Assembly (NCBI GenBank): GCA_963804645.1 | Contig: CAWDRG010000017.1 | Coordinates: 704,001-768,000, forward strand | Direction: 5' to 3' | DNA length: 64,000 nucleotides | DNA from: an uncultured Bacillota bacterium | GTDB lineage: Bacteria > Sysuimicrobiota > Sysuimicrobiia > Sysuimicrobiales > Segetimicrobiaceae | Shown: piece after piece, positions 50,768-60,181 of the stretch | How the letters are laid out: each line of letters starts with the position of its first letter | How positions within the stretch are numbered: position 1 is the first letter of the stretch | Translations under genes and position numbers: made by a program | The notes under the pieces: generated by a model | Databases searched by the model: none | The model's input: the letters and a program-made list of their open reading frames with translations, nothing else | What the model was told of the DNA's origin: nothing

Positions 50768-51922
50768 TCACGGTGTCAACGACGGCGCGCCCTGGCGCAC
50801 CGACGCCACGACGCGCCGCAGCGCCCCGATCGCGTAGTCGACGTCCGCCTCGGTCGTGTGCCGCCCGAGCGTCAACCGCACGCCACCCGCGGCGAGCTCC
50901 GGGGGCAACCCAAGCGCGAGCAGCACGTGCGAGGGGTCGAGGCTGCCCGCGCTGCACGCCGATCCCGAACTGCCGGCGACCCCCTGCAGATCCAGTCCGA
51001 TCACGAGCGACTGGCCGTCCGTCCCCTCGAAGGACACATTGACGTTGTTCGGCAGCCGAGGCTCCCGGGCGCCGTTGAGCCTCGCCCCGGGGATCGCGAG
51101 CGCCCCCTCGATCAACCGGTCGCGGAGCGCCGAGACGCGGACCACTTCCTCCGCCATCTCGTCCGCCGCGATCCCGAACGCCGCTCCCAACCCCACGATC
51201 CCGGGCACGTTCTCCGTGCCCCCACGGCGGCCCCGCTCGTGGTCCCCGCCGTGCTGGACGCGTGCGAGCGGCGTGCCGGCGCGCACGTACAGCGCGCCGA
51301 CGCCCTTCGGCCCGTACCGCTTGTGGCCCGACAGCGACAGCAGGTCCACGCCCAACTCCCCCACCGACATCGGGAGCGCGCCCGCCATCTGCGTCGCATC
51401 GCTGTGAAACGGGATGCCCCGTTCCCGGGTCAGCCGGCCGATCTCCGCGATCGGCTGCAGCGTGCCCACCTCGTTGTTCGCGGCCATGATCGACACCAGC
51501 GCCGTGTCCGCCCGCAGCGCCTGCCGCACATCGTCCGGATCAATCAAGCCTCCGCCGTCCACCGGCACGTAGGTCACGGTCCACCCGCGGCCCTCGAGAA
51601 ACCGGCACGCCTCCAGCACCGCGTGGTGTTCGATGCCCGAGGTCACCAGATGGCGGCCCCGCGCCTCCTGCGCCAGCGCGACCCCGATCACCGCGAGATT
51701 ATCGGCCTCCGTGGCCCCACTCGTGAACACGATCTCGCCCGGGCGGGCCCCGATGACCGCGGCCACGCGGACCCGCGCCTGATCGACCGCCGCCCGCGCG
51801 TCCTGGCCGAACGCGTGGAGACTGCTGGCGTTCCCCGGCACCGCCGTAAAGAACGGCAGCATCGCCTCGAGCACCCGGGGCTCGACCGGCGTGGTTGCGG
51901 CGTGGTCCAAATACACGCGCAT
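50768..51922 (-). CDS. iscS: Cysteine desulfurase, IscS/NifS type
   Basis: YLDHAATTP, FTSGATE, SGHK.YGPKG, GSACS (class I catalytic Cys). Confidence 0.93.
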   Translation of the reverse strand: MRVYLDHAATTPVEPRVLEAMLPFFTAVPGNASSLHAFGQDARAAVDQARVRVAAVIGARPGEIVFTSGATEADNLAVIGVALAQEARGRHLVTSGIEHHAVLEACRFLEGRGWTVTYVPVDGGGLIDPDDVRQALRADTALVSIMAANNEVGTLQPIAEIGRLTRERGIPFHSDATQMAGALPMSVGELGVDLLSLSGHKRYGPKGVGALYVRAGTPLARVQHGGDHERGRRGGTENVPGIVGLGAAFGIAADEMAEEVVRVSALRDRLIEGALAIPGARLNGAREPRLPNNVNVSFEGTDGQSLVIGLDLQGVAGSSGSACSAGSLDPSHVLLALGLPPELAAGGVRLTLGRHTTEADVDYAIGALRRVVASVRQGAPSLTP

Positions 51923-51930
51923 TCCGGACC

Positions 51931-52275
51931 CTACACCCGTCCCTTTCGCTTGGCGCTGCGCGGAAGCGATACCGCCACGACCCGGCGATACCGGGGAAGC
52001 GGCTTCGGCCGCTCGACGATCCGTTTGGCGTGGACTTCCGCCCCCGCCCGATCCCGTAACAGGAGCCGCTTGACCTCGGCCAGGGGGAGCCGCCGCGTGC
52101 GAACCAGATGGGCGGCGCGCTGCAGGGCGTCGACGTCGGCCCACGAGTACGCGGCACCCGAGCGCCGGCCTGGCGGGATCCCGAGCGCCTCCCACCGTGC
52201 CAGGGTCCGGCGGGACAGACCCGTCAGGCCCGCCACCACGGGCGCCTGCAGAACGCGGGACTCCAGATCCTGCAT
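51931..52275 (-). CDS. Small MerR-type HTH protein
   Basis: VAGLTGLSRRTLARWEALG..P.R...A.YSWADV..L. RBS GGGAGG; 8 bp upstream of iscS. Confidence 0.75.
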   Translation of the reverse strand: MQDLESRVLQAPVVAGLTGLSRRTLARWEALGIPPGRRSGAAYSWADVDALQRAAHLVRTRRLPLAEVKRLLLRDRAGAEVHAKRIVERPKPLPRYRRVVAVSLPRSAKRKGRV

Positions 52276-52317
52276 CGAGGACCTCCCAAATCGGTGTTCT
52301 GGGGAGAATGGACTGCT

Positions 52318-52326
52318 AGTATATCA
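52318..52326 (-). promoter_or_regulatory. Extended -10 element TGaTATACT for the merR-iscS-nuo run
   Basis: AT-rich patch about 45 bp upstream of the MerR-like start. Confidence 0.5.
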
Positions 52327-52504
52327 ACCGTTAATGGGTGCGGACAGGGGTGTTGGCCGAGATTTGGAAAAAATGTGGCACGCGGCGGGAGACCCGCACG
52401 ACGGTTCGATGGTCGGCCGCGTGCCTGCGCCGTCCGGGGAGGGTGCGTCAGCCGGGGATCGCTCCGGTAGCCCGCCGCGGGCGGACGGACGGCGCCGGAT
52501 CACG

Positions 52505-52532
52505 GCAGGAAGACCCGCATAAAGCTCCGAAC
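52505..52532 (+). promoter_or_regulatory. Putative sigmaH-like promoter GCAGGA-N18-GAAC
   Basis: 80 bp upstream of the small ORF at 52612. Confidence 0.45.
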
Positions 52533-52611
52533 TGGCCTCCCCGAGCCGGTACGCCACGGTGCGGCGAGGTCGAATGCGCGGCGATCGCATCCGCGAACGC
52601 GGGGAGGCACC

Positions 52612-52758
52612 ATGACCGACACCGATACGGACGCCGCCCGCACCACCCAAACGTTGCGGCGCCTCGACGCGGAGACCGACGCCGTCGAGTCCGCGCAGCC
52701 ACGCGTGGCGCACGCCGGCGGGCGTCCGCCGGTCAGGGCACCGAGACCGCCGGTCTAA
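52612..52758 (+). CDS. Small 48-aa ORF missing from the ORF track
   Basis: GGGGAGG immediately upstream of ATG; MTDTDTDAARTTQTLRRLDAETDAVESAQPRVAHAGGRPPVRAPRPPV-TAA; 22 bp before the next gene. Confidence 0.5.
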   Translation: MTDTDTDAARTTQTLRRLDAETDAVESAQPRVAHAGGRPPVRAPRPPV

Positions 52759-52780
52759 TCCGTCAAGAGCATCCCCGACG

Positions 52781-53158
52781 ATGGCCGACGAGGCGCTCTC
52801 GCTCGAGGACGTGCAGCGGATTCTGACCGACCTTTACGCGGCACTCCGCGATCCCGCATCCCAACGCCTGCACTCGTCGCGGATCGACGACCTCGCAACG
52901 GAGATCCAGGCGAAACTGTCGGAGCTGCAGGCGCTCGTGGTCTCGCTGCGGGACCTCGAGCGCCGCGATCCCCTCGACAACGATCCCGCCGCGATCGCCC
53001 AGCGGTACCGGCACACCATGATGATCAGTGAGGTCGAGCGCTACTGCGAGACGGAACTGAAGGCAAAGACCGACTCGCTGCAGAATGACCTGCTGCCGAT
53101 GCCCGACGCCGAGGCGCTCGCAAAGAAGATCCAGGAGATCCTCCGGGGCGACGAGTGA
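52781..53158 (+). CDS. Hypothetical helical/coiled-coil protein
   Basis: 125 aa, GC3-rich codons, L/E/D-rich composition unlike the shadow ORFs. Confidence 0.8.
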   Translation: MADEALSLEDVQRILTDLYAALRDPASQRLHSSRIDDLATEIQAKLSELQALVVSLRDLERRDPLDNDPAAIAQRYRHTMMISEVERYCETELKAKTDSLQNDLLPMPDAEALAKKIQEILRGDE

Positions 53159-53311
53159 GGCCGCGCGGGTACACATCGAGCACGACCGGCGCGGCGCCGC
53201 GTGGGGAGTTGCCGCGCCGCTAAGGACGGGCACCGCGCGAGGCAGAGGACGGATGGAACCGCAGGGGTCGGACCGACGCCGGCATGATGCGTCCGGGAAA
53301 GGGTGACTCGC

Positions 53312-53968
53312 ATGGCGACTTGGGAAGAACTGTTCGCGCAGCGCATCCCCGTGGAACAGGCGGCGCCGCTCTTGTCCCGAGCCGGCGCCGATCTCGACGG
53401 GCTCCTCGCCAATACGCCCCACGTGGAGGAGCACGTGCTCGCCATCCTCGAGAAACGGCTCGGCGGCACGATCGACGCGGACACGTGGACCGCGGTGGAC
53501 GCCGCCCTGGCGAACTATCTCGGGGGCGCGGCGGCACTCGTGTCGTGGGTCGGCAGGGCCGACCAAACGAATCGGCTGCATGAGGCGGAAACGCGGGTCC
53601 CACCCCTCGTCGCCGGACTGCTCCGGACGATCCTTGGCCTATACGGCCGCGAGCTGCGGCTGGCCTACGAGCGCTGGCGCGAGCTTCCGAACGACTGGGT
53701 CCGCATGAACCGCGACGTGTTCTACGACGAAATCGAAAAGCGCTACCTGCTGCGCGTCGCGATCGAGAAACAGAACGGCGAGACGTTCGTTCTCGAGGCC
53801 CGACCCGGCTCGATGCTGCGGCTGATTACCTCGCTCGTGGTCACCGCAAAACACGCCAGCACGCCGGGGGCGTTCGACCCTCCAAGCATCACGGCGTTCA
53901 ACGAGGCGGTCGGCCAGCTGCAGCAGCTGTTCGCGCCGCCGCCGGACCAGCCGACGCCGGCGCCCTGA
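53312..53968 (+). CDS. Hypothetical protein (helical N-domain plus beta-beta-beta-alpha-like C-domain)
   Basis: 218 aa with normal coding bias; no family recognised with confidence. Confidence 0.8.
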   Translation: MATWEELFAQRIPVEQAAPLLSRAGADLDGLLANTPHVEEHVLAILEKRLGGTIDADTWTAVDAALANYLGGAAALVSWVGRADQTNRLHEAETRVPPLVAGLLRTILGLYGRELRLAYERWRELPNDWVRMNRDVFYDEIEKRYLLRVAIEKQNGETFVLEARPGSMLRLITSLVVTAKHASTPGAFDPPSITAFNEAVGQLQQLFAPPPDQPTPAP

Positions 53969-53981
53969 ACCGCGGGGGACG

Positions 53982-54824
53982 CTACGCGAGCGGGCGCATC
54001 GTGCGCGTGCGCCGCGCGAACGTCGCGGTCTCGCCGTAGCCGGCGGCGCGCGCGACCCCGACGGCACGATCGAAGTCGCGAGCGACGTCCTCCGGCAGGT
54101 GCGCGTCGGAGTTGATGAGCGTCGGCACGCCGGCCCGGAAGCATGCCCGCAGGAACGCCGGCGCCGGGTAGATCTCTCCGACCGGCTTCCGCCAGCCCGC
54201 GGTGTTGATTTCGACGCACACGCCCGCCGCCGCGAACGCGCGGGCGGCCGATTCGTAGAGATCGGTGACGTCCTCGGCGGGCCGATGGCCGAAGACCTTA
54301 ATGACATCCGCGTGGCCGATCCAATCGAAGAACCCGGTGCCCGCGGCGGCCTCGATCAGCCGGAAATACTCCCGGTACACCTGGAGGGCGTCCCGGCGCG
54401 CCCACTCCCCGTCCCAGTCCGGGTTGTCGAAGCCCCACCACGGATCGCCGGGCGCGTCCGGCGGAATCCAGTGCACCGATCCGATCGCATAATCCCACGG
54501 GTACGCGCGGAGCACCCGCTCGAGCGCGGGCTCGTAGCCTGGGAGAAAATCCCACTCCAGGCCGAGCTTGACCGGCATCCCCGCGCGGCGCGCGTCCTCG
54601 ATGAGCCGCAGATAGGACTCCAGGCTCTCGGTGCACTCGCGGTCCACCCACCCGCCGGCGGCGTCGCTCGAGGGATACATCGCGCGGCACTCCCGAAACC
54701 GGTGCGGGTGCTCGCTGAACCCGATCTCATCGAGTCCCTGGGCGCGCGCCCGCTCGACAAACCGGCCGAGCCACTCGAGTGTCCAGGGGCCCCGTTCCAG
54801 ATGCATGTGGTAGTCGGTGCGCAC
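53982..54824 (-). CDS. PHP-family histidinol-phosphatase-like (HisJ/HisK)
   Basis: DYHMH, SEH, GLE.D, DYAIGSVH, GHAD..K, EINTAG.RKP..E.YP, SDAH.P. Confidence 0.88.
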   Translation of the reverse strand: MRTDYHMHLERGPWTLEWLGRFVERARAQGLDEIGFSEHPHRFRECRAMYPSSDAAGGWVDRECTESLESYLRLIEDARRAGMPVKLGLEWDFLPGYEPALERVLRAYPWDYAIGSVHWIPPDAPGDPWWGFDNPDWDGEWARRDALQVYREYFRLIEAAAGTGFFDWIGHADVIKVFGHRPAEDVTDLYESAARAFAAAGVCVEINTAGWRKPVGEIYPAPAFLRACFRAGVPTLINSDAHLPEDVARDFDRAVGVARAAGYGETATFARRTRTMRPLA

Positions 54825-54829
54825 CGCGG

Positions 54830-55534
54830 CTACTCCATCCGGCCCGCGCGGACCCGCTGCGCGAACGTGCTGCCGGCCGGATGGTCGCTCGCCGCGAGTT
54901 CCTGGGCGACCGCTTCGGCGTCGTAGGTCACCCGGACGATCTCCGCGCGCCACCGTCCGCCGTCGAGCGTGAGGATCGCCCACGCCGGACGCGGGATGCC
55001 GTCGAAGGGCAGCCCAACGCTGCCGACGTTGACGACCGTCCCTTCCGGAACCTCCCGGACGTACGGCCGGTGAATGTGTCCGTAGGCGAGGGTCTGGGCG
55101 CGCGCCTCCCGCAGCATCCCGGTCAGCACGTCGGGGGGCGCGTCCGGATTGACGGAGTCCGTGGTACTGGTGGGCGTCGCGTGCACCAGCACGAGCGTCG
55201 GTCCGCCGGCCGGCTCGATGCGCCTGGACATCGGCAGCGCCCGAAGGGCCGCGAGATCGTCGTCTGTCAGCTTCGCGCGGGTCCACTCCGTCATCGCGAG
55301 CGCGGGACCGGGCGGCGCGGCGAGCCCGGCGACCCACTGGTCGGTGTTGCCGATGATCGCCGGGAAGTTCCGCGCGCGCAGCAGCGCCATCGCCTCGCGC
55401 GGCCGGGGCCCGCCGAAGGCGAGGTCTCCGCCGTTCAGGATCTGGTCGAAGGGGCCGCGGGCCCGTACGTCGGCGAGCACGGCCTCGAGGGCCCGCACGT
55501 TGCCGTGGACGTCTGAGAGGATCGCGATGCGCAT
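54830..55534 (-). CDS. Metallophosphoesterase (YfcE-like)
   Basis: SDVHGN, GD, GNTD, VHATP, GHIH, NVGSVG. Confidence 0.92.
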   Translation of the reverse strand: MRIAILSDVHGNVRALEAVLADVRARGPFDQILNGGDLAFGGPRPREAMALLRARNFPAIIGNTDQWVAGLAAPPGPALAMTEWTRAKLTDDDLAALRALPMSRRIEPAGGPTLVLVHATPTSTTDSVNPDAPPDVLTGMLREARAQTLAYGHIHRPYVREVPEGTVVNVGSVGLPFDGIPRPAWAILTLDGGRWRAEIVRVTYDAEAVAQELAASDHPAGSTFAQRVRAGRME

Positions 55535-55550
55535 CGGCGGCTCCTTGTGT

Positions 55551-56198
55551 CTATCCGACCTGCCCCGGGCGCGCCGGGGGAACGCCAAACACCGCGTGCA
55601 GGAACCCGGCGATGATGCGGGCCGTGGCGCCCCAGACGACCTGCGGGCCGATCTGATAGAAGTACAGCACCACCGGGTCGCCCTTCCACTCCTGCAGTTC
55701 GGCGCGAACGTGCCGCGGGTCGAGCAGCACCGCGAGCGGCGCCAGGATGACGGCGCGCACCTCACGGGCACTGAGGCGCAGCCGGGTGGGATACGGAATC
55801 TCGCAGACGAACGGGCTGATGACGAATCCGGAAACGCGCACATCCGCATCGTCGAGCCGGCCGAGCAGCCGGACGTCACTCGGGGGGACTCCGATCTCCT
55901 CGGACGTTTCGCGCAGCGCGGCCGCGAGCGGAGCCTCGTCGCCCTCCACCCGCCCGCCCGGAAACGAGATCTGGCCTTTGTGGTGCTCGAGCGTCTCGGT
56001 ACGCTGGGTGAGCACGAGCGCGGGGCCATCGGGAGTGAAGATCACCGGCACGATCACCGCAGCCCGGCGGGCTCCCGTGGCACCCGGATCGGTTCGGGGC
56101 TCGCGGCCCGCGAGGGCGGCCTCGATGCGCGCTCTCAGCGCGTCTGGATCCCGCAGTACCTCGCGGATCTGTGCGGGCGAAGCGTCAGGGCTCGTCAC
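55551..56198 (-). CDS. Nudix hydrolase, CoA pyrophosphatase subfamily
   Basis: LTQR...L.HHKGQISFPGG, Nudix box ALRETSEEIG, VWGATA. GTG start after GGGAGG. Confidence 0.9.
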   Translation of the reverse strand: MTSPDASPAQIREVLRDPDALRARIEAALAGREPRTDPGATGARRAAVIVPVIFTPDGPALVLTQRTETLEHHKGQISFPGGRVEGDEAPLAAALRETSEEIGVPPSDVRLLGRLDDADVRVSGFVISPFVCEIPYPTRLRLSAREVRAVILAPLAVLLDPRHVRAELQEWKGDPVVLYFYQIGPQVVWGATARIIAGFLHAVFGVPPARPGQVG

Positions 56199-56220
56199 GA
56201 ACACCTCCCGAAACGATGTC

Positions 56221-56285
56221 ATCATAGCACAAGACCGCGCGTGCCCAGAAATGGAAAGGAGTTCGGCGACGTAGTGCGGTATAAT
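56221..56285. promoter_or_regulatory. Divergent sigma70-type -10 elements
   Basis: Minus-strand TGcTATGAT (56221-56229) toward the Nudix gene; plus-strand TATAAT (56280-56285) toward the ferredoxin. Confidence 0.55.
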
Positions 56286-56323
56286 GGTCCCGGTGTGACG
56301 ATGAGCCGAAGGAGGCCGCGCGG

Positions 56324-56614
56324 ATGACGTACGTGATCACGGAGCCCTGCGTCGGGACGAAGGACCGGTCGTGCGTGGAAGTGTGCCCGGTGGACTGCAT
56401 CCACCCGAAGGCGGACGAAGACCAGGGTGAGGTGCACCTCTTTATCAACCCCGAGGAGTGCATCGACTGCGGCGCGTGCGAATCGGTGTGTCCGGTGACG
56501 GCGATCTTCGCCGAGGGCGACGTCCCCGACCAGTACAAGAAGTACGTGGAGGAAGGCGCGGACCACTACAAGCTCAGCAAGGAAGAGTTCGAGGCGAAGC
56601 ACGGGCACGTCTAA
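56324..56614 (+). CDS. fdxA: Dicluster (7Fe-type) ferredoxin
   Basis: MTYVITEPC...KD.SCVEVCPVDCI, CIDCGACESVCPV. RBS AAGGAGG. Confidence 0.9.
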   Translation: MTYVITEPCVGTKDRSCVEVCPVDCIHPKADEDQGEVHLFINPEECIDCGACESVCPVTAIFAEGDVPDQYKKYVEEGADHYKLSKEEFEAKHGHV

Positions 56615-56644
56615 TCCGCGACACGCCAGTCCCGAGAGAACGTT

Positions 56645-56669
56645 ACGGGGGCCCGTCGAGGGCCCCCGT
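56645..56669. terminator. 10-bp hairpin between convergent fdx and ltaE
   Basis: ACGGGGGCCC-gtcga-GGGCCCCCGT; no U-tract. Confidence 0.5.
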
Positions 56670-56759
56670 CCTGCTGCACGTGCGCCGCACACTCCTGACC
56701 ACCGAGCGAGATCGCGCCGGCCGTTTCCGGCCGCGCGTCAACGGATCCGGCCGCCAGCC

Positions 56760-57821
56760 CTACTCCCCGGCCGCGCCGGCACGCGCCTTCCCGAGTACTT
56801 CCTGCGCGACCGCGACCGCCCGCTCCACGTCAGTCTGTGACACGTCGAGATGGGTTACCGCCCGGATCCGCGTCGGGCCGCTGGCGCCCATCCGGACGCC
56901 CCGCGCCGCGAGCCGATCCACGACCTCTTTCGCCGTCAGCCCCGTCCCGGCGACATCGAAAAACACCAGGTTCGACTCCACATGGGCGACGTTGAGCGCG
57001 ATGCCCGGAATCTCGGCGAGCCCGCGGGCCAGGATCTTGGCGTTGGTGTGGTCTTCGGGAAGCCGCGCGATGTTGTGGTCGAGCGCGTACAGTCCGGCGG
57101 CGGCGATGATCCCGGCCTGCCGCATCGCCCCGCCCAACAGATGCTTGTACCGGCGCGCCTCCTTGATGAACTCACGATCGCCGGCAACGAGCGCACCGAC
57201 GGGGCAGCCGAGGCCCTTGGTCAGGCAGAACGTCGCCGAGTCATAGCCCAGGGCCTGCTCGTGCGCGGGGATGCCGGAGGCCGCCGCGGCGTTCATAATC
57301 CGCGCGCCGTCCATGTGCGTCGCGAGGTGGTGTTTGTGCGCGGTCTCCGCCACGGCCCGCAGCCGCTCAATCGGCCACACCGTCCCGCCGGCACGATTCG
57401 CGGTCTGTTCGACACAGACGAGGCGCGTCCGCGGACAGTGCGGATCGTCCGCGCGAATCGCGTCGACGACCTGCTGCTCCGTGAACACCCCGCGCACGCC
57501 GTCGATCGGACAAAACGTCGCCCCGGACAAGATCGCCGTTCCGCCGGTCTCCGATGTCGCGATATGCGCGGTGCGCTCCAGGACGACCTCGTCGGTTGGA
57601 CGCGTGTGGACTTTGACCGCGATCGCGTTCGCCATCGTCGCCGACGGCAGGTAGAGGGCCGCCTGCTTGTGCAACAGCGCGGCGACACGCTCCTGCAGCG
57701 CATTCACCGAGGGGTCCTCCTGCCGCTGCTCGTCGCCCACAAGCGCCTGCGCCATGAACGCGCGCATCGCCGCGGACGGCCGGGTCGCGGTGTCGCTACC
57801 GAGATCGATCAGCGTTGTCAC
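56760..57821 (-). CDS. ltaE: Low-specificity L-threonine aldolase
   Basis: SDTAT.P, GD...EDP, HMDGAR, CLTKGLG.PVG, GGAMRQAG, IRAVTH. Confidence 0.9.
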   Translation of the reverse strand: MTTLIDLGSDTATRPSAAMRAFMAQALVGDEQRQEDPSVNALQERVAALLHKQAALYLPSATMANAIAVKVHTRPTDEVVLERTAHIATSETGGTAILSGATFCPIDGVRGVFTEQQVVDAIRADDPHCPRTRLVCVEQTANRAGGTVWPIERLRAVAETAHKHHLATHMDGARIMNAAAASGIPAHEQALGYDSATFCLTKGLGCPVGALVAGDREFIKEARRYKHLLGGAMRQAGIIAAAGLYALDHNIARLPEDHTNAKILARGLAEIPGIALNVAHVESNLVFFDVAGTGLTAKEVVDRLAARGVRMGASGPTRIRAVTHLDVSQTDVERAVAVAQEVLGKARAGAAGE

Positions 57822-58039
57822 GACTACCTCCTCCGGATTCGATCGTGGTCGGCCGGCTCGACCGCCGGATCACACGGCGCATTCGGCGGCACGCCCTCGT
57901 TTCTCCGCACCGCGAGACGGCACCTCCCGCGCGAACACGAGGCACCGCACAGACGTGGGGATGTCGGCCCGCGGCGGCGCCGCGCGAGCGAGCCCCCCAG
58001 CAGCTCCCCTGAGCAACCCGCTCCCCGGAGCAGGCGGGG

Positions 58040-58723
58040 TCAGCGGATCTCGAACCGCTCCCCAGGTTTGAGGACCGCGACCTTCGAGGTCGTGGACGAT
58101 TCCACGCGGCGCTTGAACGCGTCGGCGTCCTGCTTGATGATCGGCCAGGTGTTGTAGTGCTGGGGAATCACGGTGGTGGCCCCCAGCAACTTCGCCGCAG
58201 CCGCCGCGTCTTCCGGACCCATCGTAAAGTTGTCGCCGATCGGCAGGATCGCGACATCCAGCCCGCCCTCGCCGGTCAACCGCATATCCGAGAACAGCGC
58301 GGTGTCGCCCGCGTCGTACACCCGCTTCCCGTCGGTCTCGATCAGCACGCCGCCCGGCATGCCCCCGTACGTTCCATCCGGGAACGAGGACCCGTGAAAC
58401 GCGATGGTCAGCTTCACGCGCCCAAACGGAAAGGCGGCGCCGCCGCCGATATGCAGCGGGTGGGCCTTCTCGACCCCCTGCTTCTGCGCGTAGTTGACGA
58501 TCTCGAAGTTCGCGATGAGCGTGGCCCCGGTCCGCTTGGCGAGCTCGACGGTGTCCCCATAGTGGTCGCCGTGCGCGTGCGTGACGATGATGTACGACGG
58601 CGTGACGTCGGCCGCGGTGACGGGCGCCAGCGGGTTGCCGGTGAAGAACGGGTCGATGAGAATCGTCGTGCCTTTGGTGTCGAGCGCCCAGGTTGAGTGC
58701 CCGTAATACGTGAGCGTGGCCAT
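58040..58723 (-). CDS. MBL-fold metal-dependent hydrolase (UPF0173)
   Basis: GHS, IDPF.TGNP, THAHGDH, GDT.LFSDM, LPIGD.FTMG, HYNT. Confidence 0.92.
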   Translation of the reverse strand: MATLTYYGHSTWALDTKGTTILIDPFFTGNPLAPVTAADVTPSYIIVTHAHGDHYGDTVELAKRTGATLIANFEIVNYAQKQGVEKAHPLHIGGGAAFPFGRVKLTIAFHGSSFPDGTYGGMPGGVLIETDGKRVYDAGDTALFSDMRLTGEGGLDVAILPIGDNFTMGPEDAAAAAKLLGATTVIPQHYNTWPIIKQDADAFKRRVESSTTSKVAVLKPGERFEIR

Positions 58724-58751
58724 GCAGTCTCCCTCCGTCGAGTGGCGCGGT

Positions 58752-59387
58752 CTACTTCTTGCGGGGCTCGCGCGTCTGCGTGATGAGGTACCGGCACCGA
58801 GGCGACCCGGCGAGGATGTGGTCCGTCCGGACCACGTCCGCCCCGAGGGCGTCAGAGAACAGCGCGATCTCACAGGAACACACCTGATGGTACGCGTCGG
58901 CGACGCTGCGGATGGGACAGTTGTGCTCGACCAGGACGAACGTGTCCTTGTCGTGCCGCTCGGCCTCCGCGAGAAAGCCTTCCTCGTTGCGAATCTCGGC
59001 GAGCGCCGCGACCCGCTCCCCCAGGTCCTTGCCGGCGAGCCGAAGCCGGTATTGCTCGAGCAGGCGCTTGCGCCGGTGCTCGAACAGCGCGGTTACCTTC
59101 GCGTCACCGTCGAGCGCGCGGACATCGTCGAGCAACTCGGTCGCGACCTGTTCGTAGGTACGTGGGAAGACCTTATCGCCCTCCGCGGTGATGCTGTAGA
59201 CCCGGCTCGGCCGGCCTTGGCCGCGCCGGACGCCGTCGGACCGTACCTGGGCGTCACGTTCGAGGATGGCCAGGTGCTGCCGCACGCCCATCGGCGTGAT
59301 GGCCAGCCGCTGGCTCAGCTCCTGCACGGTCATCGGACCGTGCCGCTTGATGAGAGAGAGAATTTCACCGCGTGTCGTCGAGGTCAT
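58752..59387 (-). CDS. SufR-like ArsR-HTH regulator
   Basis: ELS..L.ITPMGVRQHL..LE, GRP, FPRTY, HNCPI......VC..E.....C (Fe-S ligand pattern). Confidence 0.8.
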   Translation of the reverse strand: MTSTTRGEILSLIKRHGPMTVQELSQRLAITPMGVRQHLAILERDAQVRSDGVRRGQGRPSRVYSITAEGDKVFPRTYEQVATELLDDVRALDGDAKVTALFEHRRKRLLEQYRLRLAGKDLGERVAALAEIRNEEGFLAEAERHDKDTFVLVEHNCPIRSVADAYHQVCSCEIALFSDALGADVVRTDHILAGSPRCRYLITQTREPRKK

Positions 59388-59410
59388 CGTCCGGCACCTC
59401 GCGTTAGCCT

Positions 59411-59446
59411 CTACAATATTGTAGCAAAAGCTTCGAGGGTTGGCAA
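59411..59446 (-). promoter_or_regulatory. sigma70 promoter TTGCCA-N17-TACAAT overlapped by palindrome CTACAATATTGTAG
   Basis: -35 at 59441-46, -10 at 59418-23 with TG extension, perfect 14-bp palindrome at 59411-24. Confidence 0.75.
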
Positions 59447-59653
59447 AGAAATCATAGTTCATAGTTTACTAATAAGCGCGGGCACGGCTACGGGATACCT
59501 CGGAGGCGCGTGACGCCACTCCTGGTCGAGGGACCCTAGCGCAGGACGCCGGTCGACGCGGCCTGGGTCGTCCGACTCGCGCCCACGCGACCTTTCAACT
59601 TCTGCGCTACAATGGGGGGCGTGACAGCCGCAAGGCCCTCGACGCGGGGAGCG

Positions 59654-60094
59654 CTAGCGATCGTACCAGAGGGTCTGGGGGCGCAGGTTCCTGGAGATCC
59701 CAAGCTGGCTCGCCATCAAGGCGGTCCACGACAGGAACCCTTCGATCATCGCCAGCGCCTCGTCCTCAACCTCATCCGGGTCGAGTGCCGACTGCTGCGC
59801 GTTTCCCAGGAGGTCGCCGATGCCGCCGCAAAACGTCCGCACATCGAGGAGCAGCTCGGTCGCGACGCGCCGCGCCGGCACCCCGACGGTGCGCGGCCGA
59901 TTGGGCGTGGCCCGCAGCCGGGCGCTCTGGGCCGCGGACCACTCCGACAGATCCTCGAGGGCATAGATGGCCTCCCCGGGACCGCGCTCGACGACGACCG
60001 CGACAAAGCCCTGGCACGCCCGCCACACTTGGCGGATGAGACCGGCCAGAAACCGCTTCTCGTATGTCGTAAACCCCTTGACCTGTTTCGGCAC
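59654..60094 (-). CDS. Hypothetical helical protein
   Basis: 146 aa with normal coding bias, divergent from the helicase gene. Confidence 0.7.
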   Translation of the reverse strand: MPKQVKGFTTYEKRFLAGLIRQVWRACQGFVAVVVERGPGEAIYALEDLSEWSAAQSARLRATPNRPRTVGVPARRVATELLLDVRTFCGGIGDLLGNAQQSALDPDEVEDEALAMIEGFLSWTALMASQLGISRNLRPQTLWYDR

Positions 60095-60181
60095 GCAGCG
60101 CCTCGGCGCGGGCGGTTCCCGCGGCCGGTTGGTGTTCGACGCCGCGCCGAAGCCCTCCTGTGACCGCGATCGGATGACGGC

